NCBI GenBank assembly: GCA_039801885.1
Contig: JBDRVN010000005.1
Coordinates: 1-48,032 of the forward strand
DNA: 48,032 nucleotides
From: a candidate division WOR-3 bacterium
GTDB taxonomy: Bacteria > Hydrothermota > Tepidihabitantia > Tepidihabitantales > DTDR01
Direction of reading: 5' to 3'
Each line of letters begins with the position of its first letter. Positions within the stretch are counted from its first letter, which is position 1. The notes beneath the pieces are model-generated. The model ran no database searches and was not told the origin of the DNA. It saw nothing but the letters and a program-made list of their open reading frames with translations. The position numbers were made by a program, and so were the translations under genes. Of this stretch, positions 9,270-18,826 are shown one piece after another.

Positions 9270-9639
9270 AAAAAAGTTAAAGAAACTTCAAGAGTTGTTA
9301 ATAAAAGAGAAAGAAAAATTGTTAAAAGGAAAAGTTCACATTGAGGAAATTCTAAAAAAAAGCCCCAAAGAAGCGACGGGAGAACTTTCTACTTATCGGA
9401 CGCATATTGCTGATTTAGGAAGTGATACTTATCAGAAAGAGATAGCTGCTTATTTAACAACTCAGGAAACACAAATATTAATGAAAATTGATAAAGCTTT
9501 AAGAAAGATAGAAGAAGGTACTTATGGTAAATGTGAGAGATGTAATAAAGAAATTGAGATACCAAGATTAGAGGCGATACCTTATGCTGAATTTTGTATT
9601 AATTGTCAAAAAGAATTAGAAAAACGTCAAAAAAGATAA
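9262..9639 (+). CDS. dksA: DksA/TraR C4 zinc-finger protein
   Basis: HIADLGSD coiled-coil tip; GTYGKCERC...RLEAIPYAEFCINC. Confidence 0.88.
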   Translation: MDKKKLKKLQELLIKEKEKLLKGKVHIEEILKKSPKEATGELSTYRTHIADLGSDTYQKEIAAYLTTQETQILMKIDKALRKIEEGTYGKCERCNKEIEIPRLEAIPYAEFCINCQKELEKRQKR

Positions 9640-9648
9640 TTTCCTTTA

Positions 9649-10404
9649 ATGAAAAATTTTTTATTGACTGTAGAATTTGATGGTCGTAATTTTTTTGGAT
9701 GGCAGGAGCAAAAAGATAAAAGGACAGTAGCTGGCGAGATAAAAAAGGTTTTAAAAAAGATTTTTAAAAAAGAGATTAAACTAATTGGTATGGGAAGAAC
9801 TGATCGTGGGGTCTCGGCTTTAAAATATTTTTGTAATTTTAAAGTATTGTTAGAAAAACAAATTGATTTAGAAATCTTGAGAAAAAGAATAAATTTTTTA
9901 TTACCTTCCGAAATTTATGTAAAAGAAATAAAAGAGGTTCCTTTGGATTTAAATTCTCGTTACGTTGTCAGAAGAAAGACTTATTATTATTTTGTAACAA
10001 CCGAAGTTTCGCCGATAAAAAGACATTTTTGTTGGGAAGTGCCGAAAGAAATAGATATTAAAAAAATGAAAGAGGCTAGTAAACTTTTTCTTGGCGAAAA
10101 AGATTTTAGCAAATTTTGTTATTGTGCCAAAAAAGGAATTTGTCAAATTGAAGAAATTAAAATAATAAAAAAGAATAAAGAAATAATCTTTAAAATCACC
10201 GGTAACAGGTTTTTATATAAAATGGTAAGAAGGATTGTAGGTGCTTTGATTGATGTTGGTAGCAATAAAAGAGAAATAAAAGATGTTGAGAAAGCTCTTT
10301 CTGGCGAATATCATTTGCCTTTAACCACTGCGCCTGCTAAAGGGTTAACCCTCTATGATTGTGAAATTGATTGGAATAATTTTAAAAAAGTTTTTGACAA
10401 TTAG
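9649..10404 (+). CDS. truA: tRNA pseudouridine(38-40) synthase
   Basis: FDG.NF.GWQ.Q, GRTDRGVSA, FLYKMVR, TAPAKGL. Confidence 0.93.
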   Translation: MKNFLLTVEFDGRNFFGWQEQKDKRTVAGEIKKVLKKIFKKEIKLIGMGRTDRGVSALKYFCNFKVLLEKQIDLEILRKRINFLLPSEIYVKEIKEVPLDLNSRYVVRRKTYYYFVTTEVSPIKRHFCWEVPKEIDIKKMKEASKLFLGEKDFSKFCYCAKKGICQIEEIKIIKKNKEIIFKITGNRFLYKMVRRIVGALIDVGSNKREIKDVEKALSGEYHLPLTTAPAKGLTLYDCEIDWNNFKKVFDN

Positions 10405-10422
10405 GAAAATTTTAGTTATATT
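10394..10422 (+). promoter_or_regulatory. Promoter of the Thr-Tyr-Gly tRNA cluster
   Basis: TTGACA-17-TATATT, 18 nt upstream of tRNA-Thr. Confidence 0.55.
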
Positions 10423-10440
10423 ATTATTTAGAAAACTTAA

Positions 10441-10512
10441 GCCGGCATAGCTCAGTGGTAGAGCAGGGGTTTTGTAAACCTCAGGTCGGGGGTTCGAATC
10501 CCTCTGTCGGCT
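10441..10512 (+). tRNA. tRNA-Thr(TGT)
   Basis: Cloverleaf, anticodon arm GGGGT-TTTGTAA-ACCTC. Confidence 0.97.
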
Positions 10513-10518
10513 TAAAAT

Positions 10519-10602
10519 GGGCAGGTACCCAAGTGGCCAAAGGGGGCAGACTGTAAATCTGCTGGCGTGATGCCTTCGGAGGTTCGAATCCTTCCCTGCC
10601 CA
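10519..10602 (+). tRNA. tRNA-Tyr(GTA)
   Basis: Anticodon arm GCAGA-CTGTAAA-TCTGC and long variable arm. Confidence 0.97.
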
Positions 10603-10606
10603 CATT

Positions 10607-10678
10607 GCGGGTGTAGCGCAACGGTAGCGCAACGGCCTTCCAAGCCGTTGGTTGCGGGTTCGAATCCCGTCACCCGCT
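10607..10678 (+). tRNA. tRNA-Gly(TCC)
   Basis: Anticodon arm ACGGC-CTTCCAA-GCCGT; acceptor stem GCGGGTG/CACCCGC. Confidence 0.97.
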
Positions 10679-10688
10679 TTTAATAATA

Positions 10689-10716
10689 TTGACTTTTTTA
10701 AAAATTATATTATAAT
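10689..10716 (+). promoter_or_regulatory. Promoter of tRNA-Thr(GGT)-tuf
   Basis: TTGACT-16-TATAAT. Confidence 0.65.
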
Positions 10717-10730
10717 TTTAAAATTATTTT

Positions 10731-10803
10731 GCCCATGTAGCTCAGGCGGTAGAGCACACCCTTGGTAAGGGTGTGGTCGCCGGTTCGAGTCCGGCCATGG
10801 GCT
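10731..10803 (+). tRNA. tRNA-Thr(GGT)
   Basis: Anticodon arm CACCC-TTGGTAA-GGGTG; standard tufB-cluster position. Confidence 0.97.
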
Positions 10804-10861
10804 TGAAAATTTTAAAAATTTAAGTAAAATTATTATTAAAAATTAAAGTGGAGGAAAAAAT

Positions 10862-12061
10862 ATGGCAAAACAAAAATTTGAAAGGAAAAAGCCGCACGTA
10901 AATATTGGTACAATTGGACACGTAGATCATGGAAAAACTACTTTAACAGCAGCAATGACTTTAGTTTTAGAGAAAAGAGGATTAGCCAAATATACTCCTT
11001 ATGATCAAATTGATAAGGCGCCAGAAGAGAAGGCAAGAGGTTTGACAATTCAGTTGGCTCATATTGAATACGAAAGTGAAAAAAGGCACTATGCCCATAT
11101 TGATTGTCCCGGTCACGCGGATTATATTAAAAATATGATTACTGGTGCTGCACAAATGGATGGAGCAATTTTAGTTGTTTCAGCACCTGACGGTCCCCAG
11201 CCCCAAACACGTGAGCATGTGTTATTAGCTCGTCAGGTAAATGTGCCGGCGATGGTAGTATTTTTAAATAAAATTGATATGATGAGCGATCCGGAATTAA
11301 TTGAACTGGTAGAATTGGAAGTTAGAGAAATCCTTTCTAAATATGAGTATCCCGGTGATAAAATACCATTTGTTAAAGGTAGTGCTTTAAAAATTTTGGA
11401 ATGTGGGTGTGGTAAGGAAGATTGTCAATGGTGTGGAGCAGTTTGGCAATTAATTAAAGCAATTGATGAATATATTCCTGAACCAATAAGAGAATTAGAC
11501 AAACCTTTTTTAATGCCGGTGGAAGATGTGTTTTCAATTACTGGTCGAGGCACAGTAGTCACAGGGAAAGTGGAGAGAGGAAAGATTAAACCAGGTGATG
11601 AAGTAGAGCTTATTGGTTTTGGCACTCATATCAAAACAGTAGCAGTAAGTGTCGAAATGTTCAGAAAAATATTGGATGAAGGTGTAGCCGGAGATAATAT
11701 CGGTATTCTTTTAAGAGGAGTGGAAAAAGATCAAGCAATGCGAGGAATGGTAGTAGCTGCTCTTGGGTCTATTAAACCTCATAAAAAGTTTCAAGCACAA
11801 GTTTATGTATTGAAAAAAGAAGAGGGCGGAAGACATACACCGTTTTTTAGCGGTTATCGACCACAGTTTTATATTCGGACAACAGATGTTACTGGAACAG
11901 TAAAATTACCGGAAGGAGTAGAAATGGTAATGCCTGGAGATAATGTAAATTTAGAAGTAGAATTAATTAGCGAAGTAGCCCTGGAAGAAGGTTCTCGTTT
12001 CGCAATTCGTGAAGGTGGTAAAACAGTCGGTGCGGGTGTAGTAACAAAAATTTTTGAATAG
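10862..12061 (+). CDS. tuf: Elongation factor Tu
   Basis: [32 protein letters not shown]; GGAGG SD. Confidence 0.99.
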   Translation: MAKQKFERKKPHVNIGTIGHVDHGKTTLTAAMTLVLEKRGLAKYTPYDQIDKAPEEKARGLTIQLAHIEYESEKRHYAHIDCPGHADYIKNMITGAAQMDGAILVVSAPDGPQPQTREHVLLARQVNVPAMVVFLNKIDMMSDPELIELVELEVREILSKYEYPGDKIPFVKGSALKILECGCGKEDCQWCGAVWQLIKAIDEYIPEPIRELDKPFLMPVEDVFSITGRGTVVTGKVERGKIKPGDEVELIGFGTHIKTVAVSVEMFRKILDEGVAGDNIGILLRGVEKDQAMRGMVVAALGSIKPHKKFQAQVYVLKKEEGGRHTPFFSGYRPQFYIRTTDVTGTVKLPEGVEMVMPGDNVNLEVELISEVALEEGSRFAIREGGKTVGAGVVTKIFE

Positions 12062-12064
12062 AGA

Positions 12065-12211
12065 ATGCGAGTTTTTATTAATTTATCTTGTATCGAATGC
12101 AAAAGAAAAAATTACCAAACTACCAAAAATAAAAATAAACAAGAGAAATTGGAATTAAAAAAATATTGTAAATTTTGTAGAAAACATACGATACATAAAG
12201 AGACTAAATAG
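12065..12211 (+). CDS. rpmG: 50S ribosomal protein L33, Zn-ribbon (C+) form; not in the ORF track
   Basis: Manual translation [48 protein letters not shown] (48 aa). Confidence 0.96.
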   Translation: MRVFINLSCIECKRKNYQTTKNKNKQEKLELKKYCKFCRKHTIHKETK

Positions 12212-12282
12212 GCCAGTAGCTCGAACGGTAGAGCACCGGACTCCAAATCCGGGGGATGGGGGTTCAAATCCCTCCTGGCCTG
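12210..12282 (+). tRNA. tRNA-Trp(CCA)
   Basis: Acceptor stem AGGCCAG/CTGGCCT plus G discriminator; anticodon arm CCGGA-CTCCAAA-TCCGG. Confidence 0.96.
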
Positions 12283-12295
12283 CCTTATATTTTGG

Positions 12296-12490
12296 ATGAG
12301 AAATTTATTGAGTAAATTAAAAAATTTTTTAGTAGACGTAAAAAATGAATTAAAAAAGGTTTCGTGGTCTTCAAGAAAAGAACTTTTTCAAACTACTTTG
12401 TTAGTGATTATTTTGTCTTTTCTTTTGTCATTATTTATTGGCTTTTGGGATTTTGTATTTTCGCGAATTTTAAGATTAATTATAAAGTGA
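12296..12490 (+). CDS. secE: Preprotein translocase subunit SecE
   Basis: ELKKVSW motif followed by one TM helix; conserved position. Confidence 0.93.
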   Translation: MRNLLSKLKNFLVDVKNELKKVSWSSRKELFQTTLLVIILSFLLSLFIGFWDFVFSRILRLIIK

Positions 12491-12495
12491 TTTTT

Positions 12496-13062
12496 ATGAA
12501 GAAATTCTACATTGTTCGTACTCATACTGGTAGAGAAAAAAAGGCGAAAGAAATGTTAGAAAAATTGATTATTGAAGAAGAAAAACAAGATTTATTTGGA
12601 AGGATTATTGTACCAATGAAAAAAACTGCACGGTGGTATAAAAAGAAAACAAAAAAATATGGTAAAAAAGAAGAAAATGAATATCAAATGGTGGAAGAAG
12701 AAAGAAAACTTTATCCAGGTTATATCGTTATAGAAATGGAAGAAAATAATGAAGAGGCTATTAAATTAGTAACTTCCGTTCCGGTTATTGCTCACTTTTT
12801 AGGAGTAAAAAATAAACCTACACCTCTTTCGGAAGAAGAAATGAAAATGATAGAAGAAATTGAGAAAGAAAAAGATACTTCTCTTCCGGAAATTCCCTTT
12901 TCTTCCGGCGATCATGTACGAGTGGTTAAGGGACCTTTTGCTGGATTTAGTGGTACGGTTGAAGAAGTATATCCTGATCGAAGAAGAATTAAAATGACCG
13001 TGACGATCTTTGGCCGAATGACCCCTATCGAGATAGATTTTTTTGAGGTAGAAAAAATTTAG
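12496..13062 (+). CDS. nusG: Transcription elongation factor NusG
   Basis: Start moved to ATG 12496 (MKKFYIVRTHTGRE); LYPGY, KOW motif GPFAGFSG, IFGRMTP. Confidence 0.95.
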   Translation: MKKFYIVRTHTGREKKAKEMLEKLIIEEEKQDLFGRIIVPMKKTARWYKKKTKKYGKKEENEYQMVEEERKLYPGYIVIEMEENNEEAIKLVTSVPVIAHFLGVKNKPTPLSEEEMKMIEEIEKEKDTSLPEIPFSSGDHVRVVKGPFAGFSGTVEEVYPDRRRIKMTVTIFGRMTPIEIDFFEVEKI

Positions 13063-13077
13063 ATAAGGAGGTAAATA

Positions 13078-13509
13078 ATGGCAAAGAAAGAGATTGCCAA
13101 AGTAAAATTACAAATTCCTGCTGGTCAAGCTACTCCTGCTCCACCAGTAGGGCCGGCTTTAGGTCAACATGGAGTAAATATTATGGAATTTTGCAAACAA
13201 TTTAATGCTCGAACAAAAAATGAACCAGCAGGGATAATTATTCCGGCGGTAGTAACAATCTATTCAGATAGAAGTTTTACTTTTGTTATAAAAAGCCCGC
13301 CGGCTTCAGTGCTTTTAAAACAGGCAGCAGGATTGGCGAAAGGTTCGAGTGTTCCTAACCAAATTAAAGTAGGAAAAATTACAAAAAAACAATTGCGAGA
13401 AATAGCAGAAAAAAAGTTAAAAGACCTTAATACTAATGATATTGAAGCAGCAATGAGAATTATCGAAGGTACCGCAAAACAAATGGGTATTACAATTGTG
13501 GAGGATTAA
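13078..13509 (+). CDS. rplK: 50S ribosomal protein L11
   Basis: [23 protein letters not shown]. Confidence 0.99.
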   Translation: MAKKEIAKVKLQIPAGQATPAPPVGPALGQHGVNIMEFCKQFNARTKNEPAGIIIPAVVTIYSDRSFTFVIKSPPASVLLKQAAGLAKGSSVPNQIKVGKITKKQLREIAEKKLKDLNTNDIEAAMRIIEGTAKQMGITIVED

Positions 13510-13511
13510 AA

Positions 13512-14222
13512 ATGAAAAGAAGTAAAAGATATCAGTTAATAAGTACCAAAGTAGACAGGTCTAGAATATATTCTTTGGAGGAAGCATTAAATCTATTGAA
13601 AGAGACTTCTAATGCGAAATTTACCGAGTCTGTCGATATTGCTATTAAATTAGGAATAGACCCTAAAAGAACAGACCAGATGGTGAAGGGAAGTGTGATT
13701 TTGCCTTACGGCACAGGTAAGGAAGTTAAAGTATTAGTATTAACAAAAGGCGAAAAAGAAAAAGAGGCAAAAGAAGCTCAAGCTGATTATGTGGGATTAG
13801 AAGAATATGTGGAGAAAATAAAAGAAGGTTGGTTAGATTTTGATGTAATCGTTGCTACTCCGGATGTAATGCCGGAAGTTGGGAAATTAGGTAAAATTTT
13901 GGGACCGAAAGGTTTGATGCCTTCGCCTAAAACAGGGACAGTTACTTTTGACGTAGCTAATGCTGTAAAAAGTTTAAAAACAGGCAAAATACAATATAAA
14001 ACTGATAAAACGGGAAATATTCATGCTCGGATTGGAAGTATAGATTTTGAAAAAGAAAAGTTGAAGAAAAATATTATTGTTTTTGTCAGCGAAGTATTAA
14101 AAGAAAAGCCAGTGGGTATAAAAGGACAGTATTTGAAGTCTGTTACAATTTCTTCTACAATGGGGCCAGGAATAAAATTAGATATTAAAGAATTACAAGA
14201 ATTAGCTAGGAAGGAGTTATAA
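13512..14222 (+). CDS. rplA: 50S ribosomal protein L1
   Basis: LGPKGLMPSPKTGTVT, SSTMGPG. Confidence 0.99.
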   Translation: MKRSKRYQLISTKVDRSRIYSLEEALNLLKETSNAKFTESVDIAIKLGIDPKRTDQMVKGSVILPYGTGKEVKVLVLTKGEKEKEAKEAQADYVGLEEYVEKIKEGWLDFDVIVATPDVMPEVGKLGKILGPKGLMPSPKTGTVTFDVANAVKSLKTGKIQYKTDKTGNIHARIGSIDFEKEKLKKNIIVFVSEVLKEKPVGIKGQYLKSVTISSTMGPGIKLDIKELQELARKEL

Positions 14223-14223
14223 G

Positions 14224-14730
14224 ATGATTAAAGAAGAAAAAATAAATAAAGTAAAAAGTTTAAAGCAAATTTTGCAAAATGCGAAAGGAGTATACTTCGT
14301 AGATTTTACAAATATTCCAGCAAACGAAATTGCAAAAGTTAGAATTCGTTTTCGAGAAGAAAGGATAAAAATGAAGGTGGTTAAGAATAATTTATGCGAA
14401 CTTGTTCTCCGTGAGTTAAATTTTCCCAAAGAAATAGAGAATTTTCTTATTGGTCCCACTGCAGTAGTGGTTTCTAGCGATGAAACAACGAAAGCTGCTA
14501 AATTAATTAAAGAATTTAAATTTTTAAAGTTTAAAGGTTCAATTATTGAAGATAAAATTTTTTATGATAAAGATTTTGAATTTCTGGCAAATATTCCTAG
14601 TAAAGAAGAATTATATTCACAAGTTTTCAGTTATATTTTTTCACCAATTTTTGAGTTTGTTTTTGTTTTAGAGAATACGTTTAAAGAGCTAATATTTATT
14701 TTAGAAACTTTAAAAAATAAAAAAACTTAA
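14224..14730 (+). CDS. rplJ: 50S ribosomal protein L10
   Basis: KVVKNNL, GPTAV, LANIPSKEEL; lies between rplA and rplL. Confidence 0.93.
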   Translation: MIKEEKINKVKSLKQILQNAKGVYFVDFTNIPANEIAKVRIRFREERIKMKVVKNNLCELVLRELNFPKEIENFLIGPTAVVVSSDETTKAAKLIKEFKFLKFKGSIIEDKIFYDKDFEFLANIPSKEELYSQVFSYIFSPIFEFVFVLENTFKELIFILETLKNKKT

Positions 14731-14741
14731 GGGAGGTTAAT

Positions 14742-15125
14742 ATGTTGTCAAAAATTGATGAATTAATTAATGCTATTGAAAATTTAACAGTAATGGAACT
14801 TACCGAGCTAGTGCAAAAATTAAAAGATAAGTTCGGAATTACTCAAACTACTTTTACAGTACCAACAGCTGGTGTGGCTCAACCTAGTACTCCCCTGGAG
14901 ACTAAAGAGGAAAAAACCGAATATACGGTTACCTTAGTTTCCGTAGGCGAGAAAAAAATTCAAGTACTTAAAGAATTACGTGCTTTAACGAATTTAGGAC
15001 TTAAAGAAGCGAAAGATTTAATTGATAATGTTCCCAGTGTGATAAAAGAGAAAGTTCCTAAAGAAGAAGCAGAAAAAATTAAGGCTAAGTTAGAAGAAGT
15101 GGGAGCGAAAGTAGAAATAAAATGA
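14742..15125 (+). CDS. rplL: 50S ribosomal protein L7/L12
   Basis: KKIQVLKELR..TNLGLKEAK, GAKVEIK. Confidence 0.98.
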   Translation: MLSKIDELINAIENLTVMELTELVQKLKDKFGITQTTFTVPTAGVAQPSTPLETKEEKTEYTVTLVSVGEKKIQVLKELRALTNLGLKEAKDLIDNVPSVIKEKVPKEEAEKIKAKLEEVGAKVEIK

Positions 15126-18100
15126 AAAAAAGAGATTTTACGAAATTTAAACATTCTTGGGAAATTCCTCCTTTGCTTTCTATTCAGTTGGAATCTTATC
15201 ATTATTTTTTCCAATTTGATAAACCATGGGAGAAAAGAGAAGAAATCGGTTTACAAAAAGTTTTTAAAGAAATTTTTCCTATTGTTGACGTCCATAAACG
15301 ATTCATTTTAGATTTTGTAAAATATGAAATAAAAGAACCTCAATATTTACCAGACGAAGCTTTACAAAAAGGTTTAAGCTATGATGCACCCTTTTATGTA
15401 ACTTTTCGTTTTATCAAAGGCGAACCGGTTAAAGCAGGAGAAGAGTTTAAAATCAAAGATATTATTGAGCAAGATGTTTATCTATTTAATTTACCTTTAA
15501 TGACAAAAGAGGGAACATTTATTATAAATGGTAATGAGCGAGTGGTAGTAAACCAGCTTCATCGAGCTCCGGGGGTTTATTTAATTAGAGAAAAAGGCGA
15601 ACATTCTTTATTATTAGTTCCTCTTAGAGGTGCTTGGTTTGAGATGGTGATTTCTCGCGATAATGATTTTTCAGTTTTATTGGACCGAAAAAAGAGGCTT
15701 CCTTTATTTCTTTTCCTTCAAGCTTTAGGATATTCACCGGAGGAAGCATTAGAGAAAATTTATCCTGATATGGTAATCGAAAAGGAGATCGAAGTAGGAG
15801 ATATGATTGTTGAACAGACAGAATTCGAAGCAATTTCGATAGGTGAGATTGTGACCGAAGGTATTTTAGAATTTCTCCAAAAACAACGACAAACAAGATT
15901 AAAATGCTTAAAAAAAGGTACGCCAGGGCTAAAAGTAATTCATAATATTCTAAAACTTCATCCTTTTGTTGACGAAAATGAGGCTATAAAAAGAATTTAT
16001 AAAAAACTTCGTGGAATAGAACCGACGCAGTCTCAAACAGCAAAAAGTCTTATTGAAGGTGCTTTATTCGATATTAATCGATTTGATTTGGCGAAATGCG
16101 GTCGTTTTCGGTTAAATCAAATTTTTAATGAAAATTTGCCTTTGGAAAAAACTAATTTTGAGAAAGAGGAGCTTTTTAAATTAATTCGGCGTCTTTTAGA
16201 ATTTTACGAACGACAAATTCCTTCTGACGACGTTGATCATTTAACATCGAGAAGGGTTCGTTCCGTTGGAGAACTTTTAGAGCCCTATTTTCGTAACTCA
16301 CTTATAAATCTTGCTAATCAAGTAAGAGATAAAATTTTGCAAATAGGGATTAATAAAATAAATTCTTTAAGAGATTTGATTCAAGGAAAAGCTATTGAAA
16401 GCCAGGTGTTGAAATTTTTCACTCAACATCCTTTATGTCAATATATGGAACAGGTAAATCCTTTATCTTCTTTGATTCACAAAAGACGTGTTTCTGCGTT
16501 AGGTCCTGGAGGATTAACAAAAGAAACTGCTGGTTTTGAAGTACGCGATGTTCACTATTCTCATTATGGAAGGATTTGTCCGATAGAAACACCGGAAGGT
16601 GCTAATATTGGTTTAATTAATACAATAGCTACCTATAGCAAAATTAACGAATTTGGTTTTATTACTACTCCTTATTGGCGTGTTAAGAATGGGATAGTAA
16701 CAAAAGAAATTGTTTATTTAGCACCTTATGAAGAAGAGAATCACAAAATTGCCCAATTTACAACTCCTTTGGATGAAGAAAGAAAAATTATTAGTAAGGA
16801 AGTGGTAGTAAGATATCGGGGCGATGTGGTGACTGTTTCCCGAGAAGAAGTTGAGTTTATGGATGTTTCCCCCAAACAGCTTTTTTCACCTTCAACAGTA
16901 ATGATACCTTTTTTAGAACATAATGATGCTGATCGTGCGTTGATGGGAGCTAATATGCAAAGGCAAGCAGTTCCTTTATTAAAGCCAGAAAAACCTTTAG
17001 TTGCCACTGGAGTAGAAGAACAGTGGGCAAAAGAGTCAGGAGCAGTTATAATTGCTGAAGAAGATGGAGAAATAATAAAAGTTGATGCTGAGAGAATTTT
17101 GATAAAAACAACGAAAGGTCTAAAGGAATATCGGCTAAAGAAATTTAAAAAAACAAATCAATACACTTGTTATAATCAAATTCCTAAAGTAAAGAAAGGA
17201 ATGAAAGTAAGAAAGGGTGATTTATTGGCAGATGGTCCTTGTACCGATGATGGACAATTAGCATTAGGAAGGAATATTTTAGTAGCATTTTTGCCTTGGC
17301 GGGGTTATAATTATGAAGATGCAATTGTAATTTCTGAAAATCTTTTAAAAGATGATGTGTTTACATCAATTCAAATATTAGAATTCGATATTCAGGCAAG
17401 AGAGACAAAATTGGGGCCCGAGGAGATTACTCGAGATATTCCGGGAACAACCGAAGAAGATTTAGCTCATTTAGATAAATTTGGAATAGTAAGAATTGGA
17501 ACGGAAGTTGCTCCAGGGGATATTCTTGTGGGAAGGATTACTCCTCGGGGAGAAACTGAATTTATGCCGGAAGAAAAATTATTAAGAGCAATTTTTGGAG
17601 AGAAAGCAGCAAATGTACGAGATACTTCTTTAAGGGTGGAACCGGGTGTTTATGGAACCGTTATTGATGTCCAAATTTTTTCTCGAAGAACAGAGGATCC
17701 GTTAGCAAAAGAGATATTTAAAAGAAGAGAAGAAGAATTAGAAAAAAGATTTATTGAAAAAAAGAATTTTCTTATTCAAGAAAGAAACGAAAAGTTAAAA
17801 AATTTGCTGTTAAATGTTATTGTTTATAAAAATATTAAAGATAAGAAAAATAAAAAAATAATTATAAAAGAAAGCGAAAAAATAACTGAGGATTTTTTCG
17901 TTTCTAATAAAATAGATAAGGTTAAACTTGAAGATTTAGCTGATTTAGTAAAAAGTGAAGAAAAGAAAAAAGAAATCGAAGAAATTTTTAAAGAATTCGA
18001 AAAAGCAATGAAATTGATTGAAGAAGAAAGAAAGAAAGATTATGATAAATTGAAAGTAGGTGATGAACTTCCCAGTGGCGTTTTAAAATGGATAAGAGTG

Positions 18101-18826
18101 TATATTGCTCAAAAACGAAAAATTAGTGTTGGAGATAAATTAGCTGGAAGACATGGAAATAAAGGAGTAGTGGGAAAGATTTTACCGTTAGAAGACATGC
18201 CTTATTTACCTGATGGCACAACAGTAGATATGGTTTTAAATCCCTTAGGCGTTCCTTCACGAATGAATATTGGTCAAATCTTGGAGACAGCTTTAGGTTG
18301 GGCTATGAAAGTATCAGATTGTCAGGCAATTACGCCAGTTTTTGAAGGGGCGACGATCGAAGAAATTAAAGAAGAACTAAAAAAAGCCGGTTTGCCGGAA
18401 GACGGTAAGATTACTCTGTATGACGGAAGGACAGGGCTGCCTTTTAAAGAGAAAGTTGTTGTTGGTTATATTTATATGATGAAATTAATTCACATGGTTG
18501 ATGATAAAATTCATGCTCGTTCAGTAGGCCGGTATTCGCTAATTACTCAGCAACCATTAGGTGGAAAAGCCCAATTTGGTGGCCAAAGATTTGGTGAAAT
18601 GGAGGTTTGGGCTTTAGAAGCATACGGAGCTGCTTACACTTTGCAAGAAATGCTTACTATAAAATCGGATGATGTGGAAGGAAGAACAGAACTTTTTGAG
18701 TCTTTAATAAAAGGGATTAATCCACCTACACCAAAAATTCCTGCTTCTTTTTCTGTATTGGTTAAAGAATTAAGAGGTTTATGTTTAGATTTAATACCAA
18801 TTAATTCGGAAAAGGAGAAAAAATGA
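15122..18826 (+). CDS. rpoB: RNA polymerase beta subunit
   Basis: HKRRVSALGPGG, RICPIETPEG, GDKLAGRHGNKG, GGQRFGEMEVWALEAYG. Confidence 0.99.
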   Translation: MKKRDFTKFKHSWEIPPLLSIQLESYHYFFQFDKPWEKREEIGLQKVFKEIFPIVDVHKRFILDFVKYEIKEPQYLPDEALQKGLSYDAPFYVTFRFIKGEPVKAGEEFKIKDIIEQDVYLFNLPLMTKEGTFIINGNERVVVNQLHRAPGVYLIREKGEHSLLLVPLRGAWFEMVISRDNDFSVLLDRKKRLPLFLFLQALGYSPEEALEKIYPDMVIEKEIEVGDMIVEQTEFEAISIGEIVTEGILEFLQKQRQTRLKCLKKGTPGLKVIHNILKLHPFVDENEAIKRIYKKLRGIEPTQSQTAKSLIEGALFDINRFDLAKCGRFRLNQIFNENLPLEKTNFEKEELFKLIRRLLEFYERQIPSDDVDHLTSRRVRSVGELLEPYFRNSLINLANQVRDKILQIGINKINSLRDLIQGKAIESQVLKFFTQHPLCQYMEQVNPLSSLIHKRRVSALGPGGLTKETAGFEVRDVHYSHYGRICPIETPEGANIGLINTIATYSKINEFGFITTPYWRVKNGIVTKEIVYLAPYEEENHKIAQFTTPLDEERKIISKEVVVRYRGDVVTVSREEVEFMDVSPKQLFSPSTVMIPFLEHNDADRALMGANMQRQAVPLLKPEKPLVATGVEEQWAKESGAVIIAEEDGEIIKVDAERILIKTTKGLKEYRLKKFKKTNQYTCYNQIPKVKKGMKVRKGDLLADGPCTDDGQLALGRNILVAFLPWRGYNYEDAIVISENLLKDDVFTSIQILEFDIQARETKLGPEEITRDIPGTTEEDLAHLDKFGIVRIGTEVAPGDILVGRITPRGETEFMPEEKLLRAIFGEKAANVRDTSLRVEPGVYGTVIDVQIFSRRTEDPLAKEIFKRREEELEKRFIEKKNFLIQERNEKLKNLLLNVIVYKNIKDKKNKKIIIKESEKITEDFFVSNKIDKVKLEDLADLVKSEEKKKEIEEIFKEFEKAMKLIEEERKKDYDKLKVGDELPSGVLKWIRVYIAQKRKISVGDKLAGRHGNKGVVGKILPLEDMPYLPDGTTVDMVLNPLGVPSRMNIGQILETALGWAMKVSDCQAITPVFEGATIEEIKEELKKAGLPEDGKITLYDGRTGLPFKEKVVVGYIYMMKLIHMVDDKIHARSVGRYSLITQQPLGGKAQFGGQRFGEMEVWALEAYGAAYTLQEMLTIKSDDVEGRTELFESLIKGINPPTPKIPASFSVLVKELRGLCLDLIPINSEKEKK

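Noticed and set aside
10345-10632. 95-aa minus-strand ORF
   Set aside because: Antisense to three tRNA genes; a typical spurious translation.
4230-12282. tRNA genes as integration sites for an island or prophage
   Set aside because: No integrase, transposase or duplicated tRNA 3' end seen in the window.
12364-12495. Hydrophobic N-terminal extension on NusG in the ORF track
   Set aside because: Overlaps secE in another frame; NusG similarity starts at ATG 12496.
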